Sequence record: KY608966 | DNA length: 53,242 bases | Reading direction: 5' to 3' (one strand) | Origin: Escherichia phage CF2 | Part shown: positions 34,608 through 43,530 of the stretch, piece by piece | Numbering within the stretch: position 1 is the first letter of the stretch | Layout: each line of letters starts with the position of its first letter | Made by a program: the position numbers and the translations under genes | The notes under the pieces: model-generated | Database searches by the model: none | What the model was told of the DNA's origin: nothing | What the model saw: only the letters and a program-made list of their open reading frames with translations

Positions 34608-36575
34608 TTAGTGTGCCTCTGCCCAGTTACTTTCTATCTTAGCATCAGTAAGAACAGGCACACGAAGCGGTAACACAGTTTCCATGACCCGTACGAAATC
34701 ATAGAATCCATCTTCTGCTTGCTTACCAGACGGTAGAGAGAAGTTAAGCTCATCGTGTACAGTCAGGCGAGGTACGCCAATAACGTCAAAGTAACCGTCT
34801 TCATACCCTTTCAGCATTGCAGACTTCATCTGGTCTGCTGACGACCCTTGCAGCACTCGGTTGATTGCCTTGTGGGTGTCTGCCAGTTTAATGTTCGGAC
34901 CGTACTCCTGACGTGCTTCTTCAAATGGCAAAGGCATCTTACCGAATCCACCACGCTTTGGAACCCATTTGTTGAACCATGTCTTCCGGCCCATAAAGGT
35001 TTCTACGTACCCCTGGCTATAACATAAATCTTCATAATGCTTCATGGTAGCACCAATGAATGGTGCACCCTGATGATACGCTTTCAGAACAGGTTCCGCT
35101 TCTTCAGGCGTCATTGCTAACTTACGGGCAAGAGCATTAAGCATCATGCCATACAACAAACCAAAGTTAATGGTCTTAGCCGGTTTACGCTCTATAACGT
35201 GACCTGAGGCTTCCTTGATAATATCGACCATAACATTGTGGTAATCTGCTTCCGGGTTAGCCGCGAAAATTGCTCGTAACTCATCAGCGCCCGGGCCGAC
35301 TGCAAAATGCGCCATGAATCGATATTCAATTTGGGCGTAGTCTGCTGATCCCCATCGGTGTCCGACATCCGGTACGAAACAAGCACGAAGGAGTGGTCCC
35401 AGTATTTTGTGTCGAGACGGTATATTCTGCAGATTAGGGTCAGATGAGCTAAACCGACCACTAACGGTTCCACCGTCATCACCGCGCATTTGATGGAATT
35501 GACCGTGAAGGAAGCCATTTGTATTCATCCCCAATATATAGCCACGAATAAACGTGGACTGGATTTTCTCATAAGACTTAATCTCAGACACCAGTTCCGC
35601 GAACGGATGGTGCAAGCCTGCTAAGAAGTCTGCCGTAAACGACGGATTGCCCGCCGCTGTTCTGAAGTACTCCAGACCTAAATGGTCAAATGCAAGAGCT
35701 AAGTCCGGACCTGAGTTAACGTTAATGTTAAAGCCAATCTGGTCTTTAATCTGCTGGTGCATTTTCCTTATTTCAGCGCTAAGCGTATCATCCGCTTCTT
35801 TTGCCTTGTCAAGGTCAACACGCACACCCGCAAAACGCATCTTAAGCATTAATGGAATGAGCTTGCACTCCATATAGAATACGTCTGTTAAACACCAGCG
35901 ACTTAACAAAGGCCACTGGGCTTTGATAATGTGTATTGGTAAGTCGGCGTCAGATTCAGCATAGTAACCCACAAGACGAGGAGGTGTTTTGTAGATGTAC
36001 TTTCTGGCTTCACCTGTTGGCTTACAGCCATAAGCATCTGAAATCCATTGGTACATCTCGGCTGAGTCTTTACCTTCGCCTACATACTTTCGTCCAAGTC
36101 CTTCAAGTGCAACACGCGCGCCTGGGTCAAGTAATGCTTCCGCGAATTGTACATCCATGCACAATCCTTTAACTTCCACGCCTTCTGCTGCAAGCCAGCC
36201 CAAGTCATATGTGATGTTAGCACCGACTTTAACTTGGTTAGGTCGCGAGAGTTCGAGCCGAAGCCAACCAAGTACTTCCTCAGCTGGAAGGTTATCCTCT
36301 TCGCCGAGCTCGTGTCTGATTGGGTAGTAAGCTTTGAAGCCGTTGTCCGTAGCGATACTAACTCCAACGATATGACCCTCCCTCCTGGCCCAACCACTAC
36401 CATTTGTATCCATCCCTGGGTCGTATGTTTCACAATCAAGACCGATAATCTTTGCAGAAGACAAGTCCGGGTAATGCGCGCGCGGCCGCCATCCAGTATC
36501 CCTGACGTACGGTATAGGACGGTTGATAGGTTTAACATTCTTTGCACCTTCGAAGCTATCGAATAAAAAGCTCAT
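34608..36575 (-). CDS. DNA polymerase I (family A) with 3'-5' exonuclease domain
   Basis: SSSDPNLQNIP, YAQIEYRFMAHFA, KTINFGLLYGM and VHDE match Pol A motifs; LDCET matches exo I. Confidence 0.9.
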   Translation of the reverse strand: MSFLFDSFEGAKNVKPINRPIPYVRDTGWRPRAHYPDLSSAKIIGLDCETYDPGMDTNGSGWARREGHIVGVSIATDNGFKAYYPIRHELGEEDNLPAEEVLGWLRLELSRPNQVKVGANITYDLGWLAAEGVEVKGLCMDVQFAEALLDPGARVALEGLGRKYVGEGKDSAEMYQWISDAYGCKPTGEARKYIYKTPPRLVGYYAESDADLPIHIIKAQWPLLSRWCLTDVFYMECKLIPLMLKMRFAGVRVDLDKAKEADDTLSAEIRKMHQQIKDQIGFNINVNSGPDLALAFDHLGLEYFRTAAGNPSFTADFLAGLHHPFAELVSEIKSYEKIQSTFIRGYILGMNTNGFLHGQFHQMRGDDGGTVSGRFSSSDPNLQNIPSRHKILGPLLRACFVPDVGHRWGSADYAQIEYRFMAHFAVGPGADELRAIFAANPEADYHNVMVDIIKEASGHVIERKPAKTINFGLLYGMMLNALARKLAMTPEEAEPVLKAYHQGAPFIGATMKHYEDLCYSQGYVETFMGRKTWFNKWVPKRGGFGKMPLPFEEARQEYGPNIKLADTHKAINRVLQGSSADQMKSAMLKGYEDGYFDVIGVPRLTVHDELNFSLPSGKQAEDGFYDFVRVMETVLPLRVPVLTDAKIESNWAEAH

Positions 36576-37570
36576 CAGTCCCCTCTCACATACGCAATTA
36601 CAACTGTACGAGTTGAGTTTTCCATTTTGAGCGCCTGACTACCCAGTCCTATTCTTTCCATGCCTTTAGCCAGTTTACTCATCTGACTAATAACACAGTT
36701 GAACGGTTTACTAAACTTAGTCGACTGGAACTTAATGTCGACGGACATCTTTGGAATAATCTTATCTGGTAAGTCTGCCTTTGCAGTTGACTCGCCTGTT
36801 ATCTCCAGAATAGCCTGACCTTCGTCGTACCCAGTAAGCTGGTCCATGACTTCCAGGAACTCAGGAGTGATGGCCTGCATATCCATTTCCATATTGAAGA
36901 ACTTCGATACGTCTGGCCATTTGGCTGCTAGTACCGGAGCATCCATCTGTACACCATCCGCAAAGCCGAAGAACATCTGGCCGCGGGCGTAACCTACACT
37001 TGTGGGTTCCATCTTCAGCTTAACCAGAGCCTCAAGCATTGGTTTGGCTATGGCACATTCAAATTCAAAATCTACATTCAACTTCTCGCGTATCATATAC
37101 TTACCGTTAGTTGCGTAAGCATAACCATCGCGCAGAAGTAAAGATGTTGCCCATATCTGCGGTGCTTCGTTAGGTACCCACTTGGCTAAGGCGGTTAATA
37201 CCGGGAGTAATTCGCCATGTGCTGAATACCAGTTGTTAACTGTAGCAAGCGGCGGTAATGGTTCATTAAGCGCTTGCATTCTTGTTTTAAGTACGCCTGC
37301 TGTGACTGTGAGGTTTCCAGCGGCTGTAATGTTAAAAGTAATCTGTTCAGTTCTTGCCGCATTAACGGCCTTACGAAATGATTCAGCATCCACTTGCAGG
37401 TCTGGGAATCCTTTACATGGCGCTCGTAGTAATACGTTCTTGTAGTATGAATGGATTGTTTCGTTTGCAATCCATATTTTACCCATAAGACCGCTATCAG
37501 TATACTTGATGGGACGAGCTTGTTGAACGGCAGTCTGTATTTGTTTGGTGTCATAGTTAAACTTGCTCAT
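36575..37570 (-). CDS. Hypothetical replication-module protein (331 aa)
   Basis: ORF track; ATGA overlap with polymerase start. Confidence 0.7.
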   Translation of the reverse strand: MSKFNYDTKQIQTAVQQARPIKYTDSGLMGKIWIANETIHSYYKNVLLRAPCKGFPDLQVDAESFRKAVNAARTEQITFNITAAGNLTVTAGVLKTRMQALNEPLPPLATVNNWYSAHGELLPVLTALAKWVPNEAPQIWATSLLLRDGYAYATNGKYMIREKLNVDFEFECAIAKPMLEALVKLKMEPTSVGYARGQMFFGFADGVQMDAPVLAAKWPDVSKFFNMEMDMQAITPEFLEVMDQLTGYDEGQAILEITGESTAKADLPDKIIPKMSVDIKFQSTKFSKPFNCVISQMSKLAKGMERIGLGSQALKMENSTRTVVIAYVRGD

Positions 37571-37594
37571 AATATAACGGGGCCGAAGCCCCGC
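37571..37594 (-). terminator. Intergenic GC hairpin with UUCG tetraloop (terminator/attenuator)
   Basis: CGGGGC-TTCG-GCCCCG followed by TTATATT on the minus strand. Confidence 0.4.
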
Positions 37595-37600
37595 TCCATC

Positions 37601-38485
37601 TTATACGGCCATTTGGAGTTTGATGTTCGGCATTGGTTTGTACTTCTCAACCATTGGCGCAACATCGGCAGGAGTGAAGTCAAATACTGACACGTCGTAA
37701 ATCGCGTTAATGTCAGGACGGCCTTCAAAGTTAGTGTCCAGGGTAGAATCAGAATTGCTTACGATACGTTGCAGGAAAATCTTTGCCGCGTCGATATGAT
37801 TCTGATAGATGTGATAATCACCCAGCGTAACAGTCATGTCGCCAACACCAGTGCCCAGCTCAGCAGCAATGGTAATCTGCAACATCTGATGAAGCAGGAT
37901 GTCATGTGGCAGACCAAGGATAACGTCCGCACTACGCATATGGAACATCAGCTCTAATTCATTACGGTTGTTAATGAACAGCTGAAAACCATGGTAACAA
38001 GGCGGAAGGGCCATGGCGTCCATCTCTTGTGGGTTCCATGCCGTAATGTATGCCCGGCGGTCAGTAGGCTTAACCTTCAACGTTTCAATAACGTCTTTAA
38101 GCTGGTTAGTAAGAACACCATTCTTATAGAAAGGCTTAACCCATTGTACGCCGTATACAGGACCTAAGTCACGGTTGTCTGGTGTACCCCAACGTTTGTT
38201 TGCGTCTTGCAGGTTACCTTCCCACCAGTTGCAGCCAAAGCCTTTGAGCGTGTCGACGTTTGAAATGCCGTTTATAAAGCAATAGAGCTCAGCAGCAACA
38301 GCTTTGATGTTAACAGGTTTAAACACAGGCACCATCAGTTTGTTGTCGTTGAAAGCCAGCTTAAATGCTGTACCAAAACAACGGCGGGTACCAACACCTG
38401 TACGGTCTACAACATCCTCACCTTTACGCAGGATAAAAGAAATGATGTCGCTGTAAAGAGAATCGATAGTGCTGTATGTTTTCAT
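37601..38485 (-). CDS. Thymidylate-synthase-family pyrimidine C5 transferase with Asp at the substrate-specifying position
   Basis: DRTGVGT, DLGPVYGVQW, ALPPCYHGFQ and RSADVILGLPHD align to ThyA; LPFN of ThyA is LPHD here. Confidence 0.8.
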   Translation of the reverse strand: MKTYSTIDSLYSDIISFILRKGEDVVDRTGVGTRRCFGTAFKLAFNDNKLMVPVFKPVNIKAVAAELYCFINGISNVDTLKGFGCNWWEGNLQDANKRWGTPDNRDLGPVYGVQWVKPFYKNGVLTNQLKDVIETLKVKPTDRRAYITAWNPQEMDAMALPPCYHGFQLFINNRNELELMFHMRSADVILGLPHDILLHQMLQITIAAELGTGVGDMTVTLGDYHIYQNHIDAAKIFLQRIVSNSDSTLDTNFEGRPDINAIYDVSVFDFTPADVAPMVEKYKPMPNIKLQMAV

Positions 38486-39078
38486 TAAAACAGTTCCTTT
38501 TGAGCCGGGTTAACGTGTGCGTCGATGATTGCCTGGATGTCAGGTGCTTTCCATCCCTCAGGCTTAACAATATCCTGACCGGACTTATGCTTGCTGTTGC
38601 TTGCATCAGGCTTAGCGCGTTCTTTCGCCATGTTAGCAGCCTGTACCGCATCCCATGCTGCGTCAAGTGGCCAGTTGTTGTTTGCACACCAGGTAATCAG
38701 GTGGATAATTAACTGGGCCAGACGGTCGCAATGAGTGTCTTCAGTATCCTTAACGTATACAATAAGGCCATCAGCATCGAAACGGTCCATAAATCCGCAT
38801 GGCGTAGTTAACAGAATCGGATACTCAAATTCGTTGGTGAACCATGCGGTCTGGTCATACAGGTATAACGTACCTGCAGCAATGTAAATTAAATCTACAA
38901 TACCGTCTAAGAAGCCAGCTTTGTCGCCGTCCTTCTTAGCTTGTTTAATTTCTTCCATCTCCTCAATAAGACGGTCGTAACGAAGCTTGAACTCAGGTTT
39001 ACCGCCTTGACTAACAGGCTTGAGGTCAAACTTCTCATGAAAAGCGGTAACGCCTGCAGCAATTTTACTGAATCGCAT
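38485..39078 (-). CDS. MazG-like all-alpha NTP pyrophosphohydrolase (candidate dCTPase/dUTPase)
   Basis: LRYDRLIEEMEEI...DGIVDLIY resembles the MazG/HisE E..E..E...D motif; stop overlaps the downstream ATG. Confidence 0.6.
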   Translation of the reverse strand: MRFSKIAAGVTAFHEKFDLKPVSQGGKPEFKLRYDRLIEEMEEIKQAKKDGDKAGFLDGIVDLIYIAAGTLYLYDQTAWFTNEFEYPILLTTPCGFMDRFDADGLIVYVKDTEDTHCDRLAQLIIHLITWCANNNWPLDAAWDAVQAANMAKERAKPDASNSKHKSGQDIVKPEGWKAPDIQAIIDAHVNPAQKELF

Positions 39079-39463
39079 TTCGTAACTCCTTACAAACAGT
39101 TTCGATAAACTTACGTTTAATTTCTGTAGACCAGATAATATGACGAGCCTGTTCTAAAGTGTCCCAACGTTCTTTACCCACAGGAAAGGGAACAATGAAA
39201 AGGCCGGTACGGGATATGCGCTTGATAAACGGGAATTTACAGCGCATGGTTGTTTCAAACTTGATAAAGTTTGTTTGCACATCGCGTGTAAACTTGACCT
39301 TATCAAATTCATGTTCAAGAGTTTGAGCAATGTTGCATACTTCCTGGAAAGAAGATGCAGGCAAGTAATCTTCGCGGCCGACGGTGTTCACGTAGTCGAT
39401 TTGGCCTTCTAGCCGAAGTATCCAAATCCTGTAATAAGCTTCAGCAACACGTTGTAGGTTCAT
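39065..39463 (-). CDS. Hypothetical protein (132 aa)
   Basis: ORF track; SD AGAGGAGAGA upstream. Confidence 0.6.
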   Translation of the reverse strand: MNLQRVAEAYYRIWILRLEGQIDYVNTVGREDYLPASSFQEVCNIAQTLEHEFDKVKFTRDVQTNFIKFETTMRCKFPFIKRISRTGLFIVPFPVGKERWDTLEQARHIIWSTEIKRKFIETVCKELRNAIQ

Positions 39464-39489
39464 TGTATCTCTCCTCTAAAAGATAACTT

Positions 39490-39518
39490 ATTATACCACA
39501 TCACTCTCTAGTGGTAAA
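39490..39518 (-). promoter_or_regulatory. sigma70-type promoter (TTTACC-N17-TATAAT), leftward
   Basis: Reverse complements at 39513-39518 and 39490-39495. Confidence 0.55.
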
Positions 39519-39534
39519 GCACTTTTTACGCTTC

Positions 39535-39575
39535 TGGTAAAAATAAAAAGGACCAGCGTTAACTGGTCCTTTTGG
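39535..39575 (-). terminator. Strong rho-independent terminator (functional mainly on minus strand)
   Basis: AGGACCAG-CGTTAA-CTGGTCCT hairpin with TTTTTATTTTT after it on the minus strand. Confidence 0.7.
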
Positions 39576-39579
39576 CAGG

Positions 39580-40140
39580 GTGGCGTAAGGAGATACAAGG
39601 CATCGTAACTATGCAACCAGGCAGCGCATATGAGATTGGCCAAAAGATTTACCATTTTAATCCCCGCGACGAGACGAAAAGGAGGTGTCATCTAGTAGCC
39701 AATCACATATGCGTTACTTGCTGTGTGCTCTCACCGCGGAAAGTATAGAGCGTTGCACTTATCACACCGATGGAGTGGCAAAAGCACACAGCAAGTACAA
39801 CCTTAGTTGTGGTGTCTTAGCACCTGAGTTATTGTGGATAACCTGCACCCGACGGGTGTCAAAAAGATACGCCAAAACACCACAACTAAAATTGTGACCG
39901 CCGTCTACACCAGGCGCCTGGGGTCAAGGTAGCGAGCCAATACCCTTTTCAGCGTCGGAGGAATCGAACCTCACACATCACGGCTTTTACCAAATCTCGG
40001 TCAGCGAGCAGAATTGAACTGCATTCACTGGACACCCTCACTGTTTCAACACACCAGGCTTAATTGATTGTTGATAAGAAGAGAGATGTAAGGATGTCCA
40101 TTGAATGCACCTCCGTAGAGGTGCGTTCAGATCAGCGCTA
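39580..40140 (-). other. ~560-nt structured non-coding region (candidate ncRNA, 3' UTR element or origin)
   Basis: No credible ORF; 15-bp inverted repeat 39715-39729/39783-39797; 13-bp inverted repeat 39803-39815/39877-39889; palindrome CCAGGCGCCTGG at 39910-39921. Confidence 0.3.
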
Positions 40141-40608
40141 TTATTCAGCAACTTCTTCGTTGTCGCCTTCGATCGCGCCAGCCAGTTTAGCAGCTTCAGC
40201 TTTAGCAGCTTCTGCTTTCTGGCGAGCTTTTTCAGCTTTCTCTTCAGCTTTGCGAATCTGCTCAGCAGCTTTCGCTTCGGCTTTTTCAGCTTTGATGCGA
40301 GCACGCTCTTCAGCTTTACGCTGTTTTTCAGCGGCTTTAGCAGCATCGCGTTCTGCTTTAGCGGTATCAACACGCTTAGCCAGAACTTTACCAGTGGCTT
40401 TACGCCAGTAGGTCAGCTGGGAAGAAACAGTACCACGGGACATTTCGGTAGTGGCAACAACTTCGTCCATAACGTCAGAGCTGGACTTGCCTTCTTCATG
40501 GGCTTTATCAGCCAGGTCCCATACGTAACGTGCGCCAGTACCAGCTGCCGGATACAGTACGCCGTTAACTTCTTCTTTACCAGTTACAAAAGTCAGTTTC
40601 TCACTCAT
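40141..40608 (-). CDS. Protein with Ala/Glu/Lys-repeat C-terminal tail (possible nucleic-acid-binding protein)
   Basis: ATG at 40608 with SD GAGGAA; C-terminus is KAEKAEAKAAE-type repeats; own promoter upstream. Confidence 0.7.
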   Translation of the reverse strand: MSEKLTFVTGKEEVNGVLYPAAGTGARYVWDLADKAHEEGKSSSDVMDEVVATTEMSRGTVSSQLTYWRKATGKVLAKRVDTAKAERDAAKAAEKQRKAEERARIKAEKAEAKAAEQIRKAEEKAEKARQKAEAAKAEAAKLAGAIEGDNEEVAE

Positions 40609-40656
40609 AATTTTTTCCTCGTCTACAGGGCTTAATGTTTGTTCGTTACGTGAGTT

Positions 40657-40685
40657 AATATACGTCATTTAAAAGAGTGTGTAAA
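40657..40685 (-). promoter_or_regulatory. sigma70-type promoter (TTTACA-N17-TATATT), leftward
   Basis: Reverse complements at 40680-40685 and 40657-40662. Confidence 0.5.
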
Positions 40686-40714
40686 CACCTTTTTTAAACT
40701 TTTTTCATTAGTGT

Positions 40715-40936
40715 CTAGAAAGGCACATCATAGTCAAAAAGTTTACATCCGGAAGACAGGACTGCCGGCGGTGGTGTTTTGCCTCCGGATAACAGGCAAC
40801 CTCCTGCCTGAAAACTACGGCAGTTTGCACAGCTCATATCCTGCAAGTATATAATAAGCTGTCGGCGAACATGCCGTGGTAAAGCTTTAGCCTGGGTTGC
40901 TACCCGTTCAAATAGTTCTCTGTCATCGAGCGCCAT
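40715..40936 (-). CDS. Hypothetical Cys-rich protein (73 aa)
   Basis: ORF track; overlaps helicase stop by 14 nt. Confidence 0.5.
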   Translation of the reverse strand: MALDDRELFERVATQAKALPRHVRRQLIIYLQDMSCANCRSFQAGGCLLSGGKTPPPAVLSSGCKLFDYDVPF

Positions 40937-42593
40937 AGCCGTTTCCCCAGTCGTAGTTCATGATTTGTGGGTAGGGTCGTTTAATCCATACCTTGATGCG
41001 CTTAGGAATAGCCAGCTCACCCTTACGGCGGATAAACTCATCGCATGTTTCAGGCGGTTCTGTTCCTGCAGCATTACGCCACCAGGCGTCTGCCATTTGC
41101 TTAGCATTACCATGGGCCTCTATATTTACCCATGTTGTATACACTTCCAGGTTTGAGTAGTACACAACCTTTATACTGTCAGGTCGTCCCTGCTTCTGGA
41201 ATAAAGAATAGTTTACCAGCGTAACATCTTTATCCACAACACGAAGCTGACCGTTAGTCATTACCTCTTCTTCTGATGAAGTGAAGGCAATAGCAGGTCC
41301 GTTAACTGTAAACTCAAACTCATGCCCGCACATCGGATATACACCATTCTCGTCTGGCGTACTTCCTTTAGCCGGATGCTTACACGTACGAGCAGCATAG
41401 CCACTTACCTGGTGACAGATAGGACACTCTTTACCGCCAGGTGTTTTCTCTGACCGTTTCTTTTTCTTCTTACCAAGACGTGGCGGAACAGCCGGGTCGT
41501 CAATAGGTCCAAGGTCAATGGTGTTAGACGTGAAGTCCATAACAAGACAGTCATGCTTGCCAGGCGCTGTACGTAATCCTCGACCGAGTATCTGCACCCA
41601 CAAAGCAACAGACGTGGACGGGCGCAAGATGCCGAGCATATCAATTTCAGGATAGTCAAATCCTGTCGTCAATACGCTTACGTTTACACAGACCCGTGCT
41701 CGTCCGCTTGTAAACTCTTCCAGTGCGGCTTCACGTTCTTTCTTTGTAAGACCGCCATGCACAACTACAGTCTGCCAACCTCGCAGATTAAACTCGTCTG
41801 CTATGTTGTGGGCGTGCTCAACACTTGTGGCAAATACAAGAACGTGGTTCCTGTCTTTACCGTAGTGCATCATCTCACGAATAGCCGCGACTGTTATACT
41901 ATGTTGGTTGGCTACCTTCTCAAGCTCTGACGGTATGTAGTCACCCATCCTTTCACCAACATTACTGGTGTCAATCTTGGTTAACACTTTCTTGTTGACC
42001 AGGCGTGACAGGAAGCCTTCATTTACCAACCTGGTGAATGCGTCAGGTGTTGTAAGGTCATAGCATATGTCGGTAAATATACCACAGTCCAGCAAGTGAC
42101 CACCTGCAAGGCGATATGGAGTTGCTGTGAGTCCTGTTACCTTTACCTTAGGATTAAGCTCTTTGAAGTGAGCAATAACCTTACGGTATGTTGTTTCAGA
42201 CTTCTCAGGAACAAGATGGGCTTCGTCAATGAATATAAGATTAAACTTACCTGCTTCTTCCAGGTTCTTAATAATTGACTGTACCGATGCTACAACGATA
42301 CGGCCTGAAAAGTCTTTATGTCCTGCACCTGAAGAGTAGATTGATACTGGTGCTTGTGGCCAGTGACGAACAATTGCTTTGGCGTCTTGTTCAACCAGCT
42401 CCTTGACGTGAGTCAGTATAAGAATACGCTGACGGGGATAGCTGGTAAGAATATCCTTCATCAGCATACCAAGCACAGGTGATTTGCCTGAACCTGTTGG
42501 CATGACAATAAGTGGGTTACCACTATAAGAATTGAAGTACGACCACCAAGCTGTGACCGCTTCTTGTTGATACCAGCGAGCTTCAAAAGCCAT
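40923..42593 (-). CDS. SF2 DEAH-box DNA helicase with C-terminal zinc-finger region
   Basis: Walker A PTGSGKS, Walker B FIDEAH, C-terminal CPICH...C..H. Confidence 0.85.
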   Translation of the reverse strand: MAFEARWYQQEAVTAWWSYFNSYSGNPLIVMPTGSGKSPVLGMLMKDILTSYPRQRILILTHVKELVEQDAKAIVRHWPQAPVSIYSSGAGHKDFSGRIVVASVQSIIKNLEEAGKFNLIFIDEAHLVPEKSETTYRKVIAHFKELNPKVKVTGLTATPYRLAGGHLLDCGIFTDICYDLTTPDAFTRLVNEGFLSRLVNKKVLTKIDTSNVGERMGDYIPSELEKVANQHSITVAAIREMMHYGKDRNHVLVFATSVEHAHNIADEFNLRGWQTVVVHGGLTKKEREAALEEFTSGRARVCVNVSVLTTGFDYPEIDMLGILRPSTSVALWVQILGRGLRTAPGKHDCLVMDFTSNTIDLGPIDDPAVPPRLGKKKKKRSEKTPGGKECPICHQVSGYAARTCKHPAKGSTPDENGVYPMCGHEFEFTVNGPAIAFTSSEEEVMTNGQLRVVDKDVTLVNYSLFQKQGRPDSIKVVYYSNLEVYTTWVNIEAHGNAKQMADAWWRNAAGTEPPETCDEFIRRKGELAIPKRIKVWIKRPYPQIMNYDWGNGYGAR

Positions 42594-42619
42594 TTAACGT
42601 CTCCTCATTAACTTCATAT

Positions 42620-42648
42620 ATTATACCACTTCCTTGTGGTGATGTATA
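42620..42648 (-). promoter_or_regulatory. Candidate promoter (TATACA-N17-TATAAT), leftward
   Basis: Reverse complements at 42643-42648 and 42620-42625. Confidence 0.4.
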
Positions 42649-42651
42649 CTT

Positions 42652-43530
42652 TTATTTTAAGGAAAGTTTAACGGGCTCCTCATCCTGTGGGAAGACATCA
42701 GCAGGGCGATACTCATCGCAAGCCGCTAATTGCTCTTCGATTGTTTCGAGCTCTTTCTGGTGCTTGTTGCAATACCACACTTTGCCCTGAAGCGGTTTAC
42801 TGTAATGGCAGGTTCTGCAGTTCCTGTCGGGCATTGCTCCTTTGTGGCACAAGTGGTGGTACTCACACATTCCTGGCTTGCACTCCCACCAGATAGGCGA
42901 TTCAGAAATCTTCGGCATATCCAAACCAGATTCCGCATATACAACAGCCTCCGCTTTACTCAGTTGTATGTCGCTTTCCAGTAAGTCAATCTCGACCACT
43001 TCAAAATACATCTCGTCGGTGTTCTTGTTGATTGCAATATACACAGCTTGGTTCAGCTTAAGCTTCCGCATGTATACCTGCATCTGGGCGTAGTGTACCG
43101 GCTTACTTGCTTTAACAGACTTGAGCTTGACTAACTCTTTAAACGACTTATCGCCATGCGTCTTGAATTCAGCAAGTGCCCATACGCCTTTGTATTTGAT
43201 CACACAGTCACAAGACCCAGAGAAAATGCCATTGAATTCATGTATGCGCCATTGCTTACCAGTCTTAGGATTGACGTCCAGCACTTCGTCACATACGGAA
43301 CGAAGCCATTTTATAATTCTGCTTTCTTCAAGGTTACCGCGTTCAAACAGACGAAGTTGCTTAGCTGTAAACTTCTCCTTGAACGACCAATGCAGAACGT
43401 GCCAAAGATAGCGATAGCAGTTGTGTCCTATCTGCGATGCTCCAAGATGCCCGCGTCGTTCTTCTCTTTCGTGGGCTTCGACTATCTTGATGTCAATACG
43501 TTTCTGCAGGTCGTCAAACGGACTGGACAT
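42652..43530 (-). CDS. PD-(D/E)xK exonuclease (RecB/Cas4-like) with C-terminal Cys cluster
   Basis: ATG at 43530 with SD GAGGAG; HLGASQIGHNCYRYLW and AEFKT nuclease-like motifs. Confidence 0.6.
   Translation of the reverse strand: MSSPFDDLQKRIDIKIVEAHEREERRGHLGASQIGHNCYRYLWHVLHWSFKEKFTAKQLRLFERGNLEESRIIKWLRSVCDEVLDVNPKTGKQWRIHEFNGIFSGSCDCVIKYKGVWALAEFKTHGDKSFKELVKLKSVKASKPVHYAQMQVYMRKLKLNQAVYIAINKNTDEMYFEVVEIDLLESDIQLSKAEAVVYAESGLDMPKISESPIWWECKPGMCEYHHLCHKGAMPDRNCRTCHYSKPLQGKVWYCNKHQKELETIEEQLAACDEYRPADVFPQDEEPVKLSLK

Noticed and set aside
37601-38485. Calling the thymidylate-synthase-family gene simply thyA
   Set aside because: The substrate-specifying Asn is replaced by Asp (LPHD versus LPFN) and His is displaced after the catalytic Cys (PCYH versus PCH), so a plain dUMP-methylating synthase was not assumed.
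39491-39691. 66-aa minus-strand ORF in the ORF track
   Set aside because: It runs through the strong terminator (39535-39575) and the promoter at 39490-39518, has no SD and is hydrophobic low-complexity. Likely spurious.
39940-40020. tRNA-like T-arm (GAGGTTCGATTCCTC on the minus strand) suggesting a tRNA gene
   Set aside because: No complementary acceptor 5' strand at the right distance, no D-arm or anticodon-arm pattern, and the T-stem has a mismatch at its base. Treated as part of the structured non-coding region.
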